Source: Basidiobolus meristosporus CBS 931.73 (lineage: Eukaryota > Fungi > Basidiobolomycota). Taken from it: DNA of 64,000 bases. Every line of letters starts with the position of its first letter. Position 1 is the first letter of the stretch. Both the position numbers and the translations under genes were made by a program. Shown here one piece after another: positions 50,691 through 60,636 of the stretch. The notes below the pieces were generated by a model. It was not told where the DNA came from, did no database searches, and was given only the letters and a program-made list of their open reading frames with translations. The DNA lies in the NCBI GenBank assembly GCA_002104905.1, contig MCFE01000463.1, forward strand, positions 6,971 to 70,970. The letters run 5' to 3'.

Positions 50691-53600
50691 ATGGCACCCA
50701 GTGAACACCCCACACACAAAACACTTGAGAAGTGTTGGACGTATCTCTCCCTTGGACTTATACACCACCACAAAATTGGCACCCAACATGGGGGGTTCAT
50801 ACAAGCTCCCTAGGACCCAACAAGATTTACCTGAAGATTTGAGCTGTTATCCACCTATTTAAAAGAGACTACCAATATTACCAAGATTACAACACCAACC
50901 TACCTGCCCAAAATGAACTCTATGCCATTACCACTCTCACATGGAGCCACACAGTTTGATGGAAAGAATGTGGAAAGCTTCATATTCAAATGGGAGAAGC
51001 TCTGCAAGATGTGTAGCCTATCTGAACAAGAAATGGCTGAAGACTTCCCCTACTACTGCACCAATGATATTACCACTAAGCTTCTCAGACAAGGAGACAT
51101 TCTCACTGACTGGGCCTTAATGAAGACCTACCTACAGACCAAGTATGGTAGACCCCAGATATACTATGGAATTGAAGACCTCAGGCACTTTGGAAGAACT
51201 GGACTTTCCAAGCTACCACTTGAAGAGCTCATTCAACAGTATGAAGATATGGCCAAGCCACTCCTAGAGTCCCAGGCTATAACTGAGTTTACCATGACAC
51301 TTTACCTTGCACAAGGGCTTCCCCAGGACTTGGCAAGGAAAGTTGACTTACATGCAGCCAAGGATGACAAGTCTGGCATTCCTTGCTTTGCAGAGATGAA
51401 ATGTGTTCTCCTAGAGGCAAAGCAAACTTCTACCTTTATGAGACTCCTGACATCTAATCTGCCAGACCAGTCAACCAAGGAGCCAAGGAGTGCTGCTGCT
51501 GACAATCAGACCTACGCTACCGACAGAATTGACCAACTTGCTGAACAGCTACAAAAGCTAGCCCTTAAGATTAATGGCTCAGCTCAGGTTGCTACTGAGG
51601 GACAAACACCTTTGCCCAGGCACTGCATCTGGTGTGACTCTACTCAGCATGCCAGACAAGAATGCTCAGAGCTTAGTCAGCTACTCAGAGAAGGAGCAGC
51701 ACAGTTTGATGCTGATGGAATGCTTGCTGACAAGGAAGGAAGAAGGATTCCCACTAATTTCCAAAGAGGAGGGATGAGAGCCCTTTTCCAGAAATCTGAC
51801 TCAGCACCCAGAAAGCTTACTGCTGATGCCCCTATTGGGACTCATAAATTGAATCCAAGCAGCCCTGACAACAGACAATATGAAGTTGATGCCTTTGCTA
51901 CCAAAAGACACCTCCCTGAAGAACCTGCCAAACCCATCCTTAGAAAACCACAATTCGAAGAACCTGAAGTTGTTATTGACAAGAGGCCTAGTATGCTGCC
52001 CACCCAAGATCCATTGCCTCACTTTCAGATGACCTCAAAGATAGCAAGCTACTCAAGCCCTCAACTGATTACTGAGAAGCTGCTGAAGCAGAACCTCACT
52101 TTGTTGGTTGGAGAAATCATGAGTGTATCCCCATCTGTTAGGAAGACCTTTGATGAGCAGCTTAGAACAAGACAACAAGCTGTTGAACATATGGACACTC
52201 ATATAATTCAGACAAACCGTGAAGACCACCAAAAGGATGACAACACTACTGAATATAAGACCTTTTACTCAGTTGCAACTGCTGTGGTGAAAGGGTATAT
52301 ATATGATGACCCTGTTGACTGCCATATTGACAGTGGCTCAGAGATTTGTGTTATGCCACTAGACTTCTGGAAGACACTTAAAAGCAAGGAGCTACTGCCT
52401 GTTGATAGAGATATTGGATGGAACATGACCGATGCAAACTCAGGATCTAGTCCACTCTATGGTGTAGTACACAAGTTTCCTATTGAGGTACAAGGAATCA
52501 AGGTCTGGCTTCCCCTCTTCATCTGCCAGAAGGCAAACTTTGACCTTCTGCTAGGTAGACCATGGGAAACCAGTACTAAGGCTACAACCACCAACTATTC
52601 CAATGGGTCAGTATGGTACACCATACAAGGATCCAATCCAGGACTACAGTCAACCTTCTGCGGTGTAACACCCAACAATAAGAGGACACATACTGCTTGC
52701 CAGAAGGCACATCTTGTTATGAAAGAAGATGAAGAGCCTGACAATATACACCCCAACATTTGGAGCTGCTCATTAGGTATACAGGAGCAAACAGCTATGG
52801 TTTGAACAAAATACAAGACAGTAGAACAGAAGATTAGACCATCACTTACCCCACTGACTGATGGATCTTGACCCGCTGATTACATTAGACCACCAGAAGA
52901 AACACCAGATGATATACGACTTACACCTGAGAGACTTGAGCAACTTATCATTGGTGATGGAAACCTAACACCAGAGGAGATACTATTATTCAAGGAGACC
53001 TTGAAAAGGCATGATAAGGTCTTCTGATATAATGACAAGGAGATGGGACTCTTAAAGACATTGGTTGAAAAACCCATCAAGATTCATACAGTGCCCCACA
53101 CACCCTGGTCATTTAAGCCTTACCCACTGCCCAGAGGACTCCAAGCTGATGTGCATGACCTACTTAAGAAGAAGATAGAAGCCGGTATCCTAGAACCTTG
53201 CCATGGACCCTATGCTAACAGATGGTTTGTGACCAAAAAGAAGAATGGAAAGCTCCGATTCATTCAAGACATGCAACCTGCAAATGCTGTCACTATCAGA
53301 GATGCTGCTATACCTCCATCCATTGATGACTTTGCAGAAAGCTTTAGTGGCCACTCCATCTACTCAACATATGATCTCTACTCAGGATATGACCAGATCC
53401 CCCTTGATGAAACATCAAGAGATATGTTTGCGCTACAGACACCATTTGGACTGTTAAGGATGACAAGACTCAGCCAAGGGGCTACAAACTCTGTGGCCCA
53501 GTTCCAGAGATGCATGGTAAACGTGCTGTATCAGTTTATACCTGAGAGACTTGCTGTCTTTGTGGATGACATAGGCATCAAAGGACCAAAATTCCAAGAC

Positions 53601-54861
53601 ACCACTGAAGTTATGCCTGGAATAAGAAAGTTTGTCTATGACCATATTACAGACAATGATGCTATATTGGGAGCCATTGAAGAAGCTGGACTCACCATCA
53701 GTGGTGAGAAAAGCAGCTTTGGTGTATCAGAGATATCCATTGTTGGACAAAAATGCAACACCTTTGGTTGTTCACCTGGAGACTCCAAGACACAAAAGAT
53801 ATGCAACTGGCCTACCCCCACAAATCTCACACAAGCTTGTGGCTTTGTGGCTGCTTGTGGGTTCTTTAGGATCTGGATCCCAAGATTTTCTGAGATAGCA
53901 GAACCAATTTACCAACTACAGAGAAAGAACACCCCATTTATCTGGGGAGAAGAGCAAGAAGAAGCCATGCAATTACTGAAAGAGGCCTCAGTATCTCCAC
54001 CAGTTTTAAGACCTCTTGACTATCAAAACACTGAATGCCCACCTATTTTGACAGTGGATGCAAGCCCCATAGGAGCTGGAGCACTACTTGGACAAGATGA
54101 TGAAGATGGCAACCACTATGCCTGCAGATATGAGAGCTGCCTATTCTCTCCTAGAGAACAAAGATACTCACAGATTAAGAGAGAACTACTAGGAGTTGTG
54201 AAGATGCTGAGGAAACTGAAGTCACAACTCTACATGACACATTTTATCCTGGAGACAGATGCCAAGCCACTTATAGGAGTGATCAACAAGCCTGACCTAC
54301 CTGATGATGCCACAAACCGATGGATGGCATGGCTGAAAATGTTTGACTTTGAGGTCAAACATATCCCTGGCAAGACAAATGTTGTGGCTGATGCACTCTC
54401 CAGGAAGGGACCACAATTATTTGAAGACTTGGACCCTCACTTTGATGATATTGTTGATGCAGAGATCCGACAGATTGCCATCAAAGACCAAGAGAGAACT
54501 ACCTGGAGTCTGATCAAGTAATATCTAAGGACACTTAAGAAATCTAGTTGGATGGATATTCAGGAGTTTAGAAAACTCAGGAAGAAGGCACACCACTACT
54601 ATCTTAAAGATGATCTTCTCTTTAAGCAAGTGAAGCCTGGACTTATGCCAAGAAGAATAGTCACTACCCCTCAAGAGCAACTGAACATCATGACAAGTAT
54701 CCACCAAGGAGAACCAGGAGGACATAGAGGACAAGAAGCCACATACAACACTACAGCTCAGAGGTACTACTGGGAAAACATGTATTATGATATCCAATAC
54801 TTTGTTGAGTCATGTGTAGCCTGCCAGAAGAGATCCTCCAAGTGTTATGAAGAACCACCGC

Positions 54862-57800
54862 TGTGGTGGTGTAGAGGTACTCCTGGGAGAAGCTACACAA
54901 CTCAAGGTGTGTGAGGTGTCTGATGGGTGCAATAACCTCTGTGTCTAAACTGCTGGTGTCTTTGTCAATATGTCACTATGGTAAAAGCTCCTGCTTCTTT
55001 AGCTCCCTAGGTGCTCCAAGTGTCTCCAAAGGCCTCTGTGTGTCTTGTGCACTACCCTGAAAAGCTCCTTGATGGCAGGTCTTAGATGTACTGTTGAAGG
55101 CAGGTGCAGTGATCAACTGCTAATCAATAAGGTAGAAGTGTTACTGATAGAAGGGATGATTTATTGATGAGGAATTGCTTTCCCTTAAATACTTTTCCTG
55201 ATTGCCAAGTGATTACTAATGACAAGGTTCTAGAAGATTCTAGGTATCAGTGGAATTCTTGATGACATCACTATGAGCTAAAAATATGCCAAGAATGTCC
55301 TGGAAGGTTCTAAAGGGCACAGCACTCTCAACCAATCAGGAATCAGTAGTCTGAAACCTGTGCAACATAGAAATACCATATATGGTATTGAAATGGTAGA
55401 GATGGTAACACAGACCTAGGTCATGTGTCACGGGTACTGACGCGGGTACTTGCCTTATATAGATACATCTACTGATCACAAAGCTGAATAACATCTGGGA
55501 TAACTAATGCTAATAACTAATCAGGGTAAACATCATATGGGGATAATACTGATAATATGGGCAAAAGAAGAATGGGATAATACTGATAAGATAAAATATG
55601 GATAAGTATATCATAATGACTATATGAATAAACTTGTCTGTGGGAGGTATGTTTACCCTACCACATCCACCCCCCACTTGAGCTAAAAAGTTTCAGGGAA
55701 CTTTTTAGCTAACCACTGTAAGTTTGGAGAACAAAGTGCTCTCTCAGTCTTCCTCAATGAAGCCACCTGTCCTTTCTTGAGATAGAAATCTACATGATGT
55801 CATTGATCGGATATTGTTTGAGTCCACACCACAGAAGGTTGCTGTTAGTCCTGGGCTCTCTGAGTATATAGTATACCATGCTGAACCATCTGGGTAGTTC
55901 ACTGCAGTTGCTCTTGCTTTTACCTCCCATGGTCTTCCAAGAAGTAATTCAAAGTTAGCCTTTGCACATATGAATACTGGGATCTCATGGGGTATTCCTT
56001 CAATGATGAGAGGGAAGCTGTGAATAATTCCTAAAAGCTTTGATTGCCCTGAGTTGGCATCCTTCATGCTCCAATTGATATTGGTGTCTATGGGCAATAA
56101 GTCTTTGCATGGTAGTTGTTTCCAAGCCTCCAAAGGCATCACACATATCTCAGATCCACTGTCAATATGACATAGGATTTCTTGATTATGCACAGTTCCT
56201 GTAGTTGTTGCAGTTGCCACTGAGTAGTAGTGTTTCTGGCTTTGATGCAGCTTACTGATATTTTGGCTTCCTTGAACTGTCCTGACCTGGTTGCCTTGAG
56301 TTGATTCAATTGGATGCTTTCTTATTCTGATATGCTCATCCAGAGTCTTTCTTACAGATGGTGATACACTGAGTAGCTCTCCAACCTTGATTGATATGTT
56401 GCTTCCTAGTATATGACTTGTCAGAGCCTCTGGGGTACCATTTTGCTTGACTCTAGGCTGCATGTGGTAGTTGTTGGCCTTGGCAGACTCTTGTAAAATT
56501 AATGGGGGTGATGCTTTCTTCTCAATCACAACTTCTGGCTCACATCTTGGTACTTTTGTTGCTGGGCCTGGATTAGCCATTTTTTCAGGATGGTGTCTCT
56601 TTGAAGCATAAATTGAAGCTATATGATCTTGGGCCTCTCTGGGGTCCTCATAGTCAAAGTTCAGAACTTCAGCTGGATCAAAGTAGCCAGGATCTTCTTC
56701 GCCATGAAGGTGAACCTTTCTTGTATGAGAGGTGACTTGCTTGTAGTGAACTCTCATTCCTCCTTGTCCAAATGCTGTGGATAATTTGTCACCATGCTTA
56801 CTGACTATGTATCCCTGAGGACTATATAGGACATCACCTGTGGATAGTAATGACTGAAGCTCTTGGCAATTTCTCTTGGAATGGTTGGCAGAGTCACACC
56901 ACATGCATGTATATTTGACTTCTTTCTCTACTGGCTTCTGACCATATGCTTTGCTGGCAAGTAGCAAAGAGAGTTTCTCTAGTTGCTGTGTCAGCTCCTG
57001 AATTTGAGTGCTTTGATTGCTGGGATTAAGTATGTCTTGGCTATCTTGGTTTTGTCCTGGGCTTGAGAGAAGCTTTCTGATTGGTGAGGTTTCTTCAGGG
57101 ACAAGTAGAATCTGCTTAGCTAACTGAAATGCAGGCAGTGAACTCATAGCTTTCACAGTAGGATTGTTTTCAATCCTTCTCACCAGGCCTTCTGGTAGTG
57201 CTCTGAGCAGATAGGCAGATAAAGTCAGATCAGTGATAATGCCTTGGGCTTTCAGTGACTCTCCAATTTGCTCAAGGCCACTCAAGTATTCTTTCAATGG
57301 TAGCAGCTTAAACTTGCTATAAGCAAAGTTCTCCAAGTCTTTAAGTGTGTAGTCAACTTGTCTCTCTCCATATTCATCAATCAAGTAGCTCTTCAAGAGG
57401 GTCCAATTTGTCAGCAGATCATTTCTTTCATATAAAGAGAGCATGATCTCATCAGTGCTGTAGGGGGGCATCTCTTCAGCCATAATGGCCTCAGGTATTT
57501 TGTGGGCTCTGCAGAAAAGCTCCCACCTCTTGATGAAAGCTTTAACTTTGGTTCCATCAAAGAAAGGAGTTCCTTGCATTCCTGGTAAAGGTAGATCCAT
57601 GGTCTTGATAATTTGTTCTTTCTTAAGTCTTCTAGGGGCAGTTCAGTCAAACCCCCCACGTTGGGTGCCAAATATGTGGTGGTGTAGAGGTACTCCTGGG
57701 AGAAGCTACACAACTCAAGGTGTGTGAGGTGTCTGATGGGTGCAATAACCTCTGTGTCTAAACTGCTGGTGTCTTTGTCAATATGTCACTATGGTAAAAG

Positions 57801-58478
57801 CTCCTGCTTCTTTAGCTCCCTAGGTGCTCCAAGTGTCTCCAAAGGCCTCTGTGTGTCTTGTGCACTACCCTGAAAAGCTCCTTGATGGCAGGTCTTAGAT
57901 GTACTGTTGAAGGCAGGTGCAGTGATCAACTGCTAATCAATAAGGTAGAAGTGTTACTGATAGAAGGGATGATTTATTGATGAGGGATTGCTTTCCCTTA
58001 AATACTTTTCCTGATTGCCAAGTGATTACTAATGACAAGGTTCTAGAAGATTCTAGGTATCAGTGGAATTCTTGATGACATCACTATGAGCTAAAAATAT
58101 GCCAAGAATGTCCTGGAAGGTTCTAAAGGGCACAGCACTCTCAACCAATCAGGAATCAGTAGTCTGAAACCTGTGCAACATAGAAATACCATATATGGTA
58201 TTGAAATGGTAGAGATGGTAACACAGACCTAGGTCATGTGTCACGGGTACTGACGCGGGTACTTGCCTTATATAGATACATCTACTGATCACAAAGCTGA
58301 ATAACATCTGGGATAACTAATGCTAATAACTAATCAGGGTAAACATCATATGGGGATAATACTGATAATATGGGCAAAAGAAGAATGGGATAATACTGAT
58401 AAGATAAAATATGGATAAGTATATCATAATGACTATATGAATAAACTTGTCTGTGGGAGGTATGTTTACCCTACCACA
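54862..58478 (-). mobile_element. Element B: non-autonomous LTR retroelement encoding only Gag-protease (3617 bp)
   Basis: 804-bp LTRs (54862-55665 and 57675-58478) with one mismatch seen; TSD ccgc; PBS 57653-57670; PPT 55666-55678; single ORF. Confidence 0.95.
55744..57600 (-). CDS. gag: Element B Gag-protease, 618 aa
   Basis: Intact ORF with capsid-like N-terminus, CMWCDSANHSKRNC zinc knuckle, CHIDSGSEIC aspartic protease and LLLGRPW; the stop is about 65 bp before the PPT. Confidence 0.93.
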   Translation of the reverse strand: MDLPLPGMQGTPFFDGTKVKAFIKRWELFCRAHKIPEAIMAEEMPPYSTDEIMLSLYERNDLLTNWTLLKSYLIDEYGERQVDYTLKDLENFAYSKFKLLPLKEYLSGLEQIGESLKAQGIITDLTLSAYLLRALPEGLVRRIENNPTVKAMSSLPAFQLAKQILLVPEETSPIRKLLSSPGQNQDSQDILNPSNQSTQIQELTQQLEKLSLLLASKAYGQKPVEKEVKYTCMWCDSANHSKRNCQELQSLLSTGDVLYSPQGYIVSKHGDKLSTAFGQGGMRVHYKQVTSHTRKVHLHGEEDPGYFDPAEVLNFDYEDPREAQDHIASIYASKRHHPEKMANPGPATKVPRCEPEVVIEKKASPPLILQESAKANNYHMQPRVKQNGTPEALTSHILGSNISIKVGELLSVSPSVRKTLDEHIRIRKHPIESTQGNQVRTVQGSQNISKLHQSQKHYYSVATATTTGTVHNQEILCHIDSGSEICVMPLEAWKQLPCKDLLPIDTNINWSMKDANSGQSKLLGIIHSFPLIIEGIPHEIPVFICAKANFELLLGRPWEVKARATAVNYPDGSAWYTIYSESPGLTATFCGVDSNNIRSMTSCRFLSQERTGGFIEED

Positions 58479-59425
58479 CCGCATCCTACTTACACAATCT
58501 GTCTATGGCAAAAGGTTAGTATTGACCTTGTCCACATGCCAACAGCTGGATCAAAAAAGTACCTGATTGTTGCTAGAGATGACCTTAGTGGATGGGCAGA
58601 GGCTCAAGCCTTGCCCAACAACAAGAGCCATACCATATGGAGATTTATACTTGAAGACATCATCTGCAGATTTGGCTGCATCCAACAGTTTGTTGCTGAC
58701 AGAGGAGAGATGACATCCCAAATGATCCAGGAGTTGTGCTCAAAGTACAAGATACACATAGCTTTCACAACAGCTTACCACCCTGAAGCCAATGGAATGA
58801 TAGAGAGAGGACATGGACCATTGGTGAACTCTCTTGTCAAGATTTGTGAGAATAACACAACACTGTGGCCACAGCAATTACATCTAGCACTCTGGGCAGA
58901 TAGATTTACTACCAAGAGAACAATTGGATTATTGCCATTCAAGCTACTCTATGGACATGACTGCATACTACCAGTTGAGTTAAACACAGTCACTTGGAAC
59001 TCATTGAATTGGAGATCCAATATGCAGACTGAAGACCTCCTTGCAACTTGCATACAGCAACTTGATCACCATGACTTGAATATTAGCAGAGCTGCTGAAC
59101 AACTTAAGGATACACAACTAAAGAACAAGGTGCCCTTTGACAAATCACACCCAACAAGACCAAAACCACTATCACTAGGAGACCCAGTATTACTCTATGA
59201 TTCTACCTTGGACAAGCAATGGAGTTGGAAGTTTGACAACAAATGGACTGGCCCCTACCTCATTTCCAAAGTGATTGGAAATGGAAGTTATTACATATCT
59301 GAGCTTGACAACACCCAGTTGAGAGCACCAGTTGCTGGAAATTGACTTAGTTATTCAAGCATAGGAATTTCGCACATCAAGATTAGTTTGCTTTGACCCA
59401 AGTTCAAAGCTGAGAGGGGGGTGGA

Positions 59426-60496
59426 TGTAGTGGGGTGACAGTGACACCCACTGACAGATGGGCTCATTCCCTTATTTTCTATTTCCCTATATCTCTACTA
59501 CACTTATATAGTTTTATCCCATTTGTCTTACCCAATCAGTACTATCCCATAAGCCAGTTGACTATCACACCTGCTTACCTTATTGCATAAGTTACCCCTC
59601 ACTTTATGTAAGATTACTAGTTACAAGTGCTTCTATATTAGGCAAGTACCCGCGCCAGTACCCGTGACACATGATCAACCCGTGTCACCATCCCTACCAT
59701 TTCCATACCATATATGGTATCCCCATGTTACACAGGTTTCAGAATACTGATTCCTGATTGGTTGGATGTGCTGTGCCTCTTAGAACCTTCCGGCACCTAC
59801 TTAGAACATTCTTAGGTCATTCTGATGTCATTAAGATTTCTATTGAACTCCGGAACCTTCTGGAACACCATGATTAGTAATCACTTAGCCAGTGAAGAAA
59901 AGTATATAAGGGAGGCTATCCCTCAACAATAAATCATCATCCCTTTTATCAATATACCGACTTGTTGATTAGTGTGATCACTGCTACCTGCTGCTACCTG
60001 AACTTCCAACCCTAGACCACAGGACACTCCCAGGAAACCGCGCTGACAGCCAACTGACCTTGGAGGCACTACTTGTGAGGAATACTCAGAGTAGGTATCT
60101 TTTATTATATTTGATTCTTTCCCAAGTTTGTTCTTGTACAGGCAAAGATATTTTTCTGTCTTTGTAACTATTGACCAAAGCTGCATTCTTATCAAGTCCC
60201 TGCTGGTGGAGTTTACAGTTGTTTTGACTTTGGAAGCTTTAGTACATTGTCATCTCAAAGGACGCTGAACCCAGCACATACTTTTGTTAAGACGCCAACT
60301 AAGTTGGGGATTGTAGCTCAATAGTTTTCCCTTGACAAGCTTGTGGCTTAATTCCCCTTCACATTAGATTAGAGACAGAACCCAAGTATTCCTAGCAAGC
60401 TTTTGACAGAGGTTATTACACCCAGTGAACACCCCACACACAAAACACTTGAGAAGTGTTGGACGTATCTCTCCCTTGGACCTATACACCACCACA
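59426..60496 (+). repeat. Family A LTR shared by tandem units A1 and A2
   Basis: Preceded by the PPT and followed by the PBS, with no TSD. Confidence 0.95.
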
Positions 60497-60500
60497 TATT

Positions 60501-60518
60501 TGGCACCCAACGTGGGGG
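60501..60518 (+). promoter_or_regulatory. PBS, tRNA-Lys(CUU) type
   Basis: tggcacccaacgtggggg matches 16 of 18 positions of the canonical Lys1,2 PBS TGGCGCCCAACGTGGGGC; identical in element B. Confidence 0.75.
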
Positions 60519-60636
60519 GTTCATACAAGCTCCCTAGGACCCAACAAGATTTACCTGAAGATTTGAGCTGTTATCCACCTATTGAAAAGAGACTACCGAT
60601 ATTACAAAGATTACAACACCAACCTACCTGCCCAAC

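Larger units (their letters stand above)
50913..59345 (+). pseudogene. gag-pol: A1 gag-pol with premature stops and an integrase interrupted by element B
   Basis: CIWCDSTQHARQEC; IDSGSEIC; RLSQGATNSVAQFQR; VFVDDIGI; TVDASPIGAG; integrase resumes at EEP|PHPTYTICLWQKVSIDLVHMP. TGA codons at 52803, 52869 and 53025. Confidence 0.92.
48966..60496 (+). mobile_element. Family A Ty3/gypsy unit A1 (LTR-gag-pol-LTR) carrying a MITE and element B
   Basis: 5' LTR 48966-50772 (1070 bp without the MITE), PBS 50777-50794, gag-pol, PPT gagaggggggtgga 59412-59425, LTR 59426-60496; left flank gcgg. Confidence 0.95.

Noticed and set aside
11499-50704. Recurrent short ORFs such as MPWVLSTR..., MGIVYQMH... and MFHTLWPG...
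   Set aside because: All lie inside the palindromic 733-bp MITEs and vary in frame between copies; they are non-coding.
50913-52805. A 630-aa Gag-PR ORF ending in TGA, suggesting read-through or a second Gag-only element
   Set aside because: The same codon is CGA in A2 (62527), so this is a CpG-derived premature stop.
54857-54861. An alternative 5-bp TSD (accgc) for A and B insertions
   Set aside because: It would need the LTR to end in ...CAC instead of ...CA; the GCGG-flanked copy at 42891 fits only a 4-bp TSD.
55545-55625. Short repeats gggataatactgataa in LTR B, considered as a CRISPR-like or satellite array
   Set aside because: There are only two imperfect copies, with no spacers and no cas genes, in a eukaryotic LTR context.
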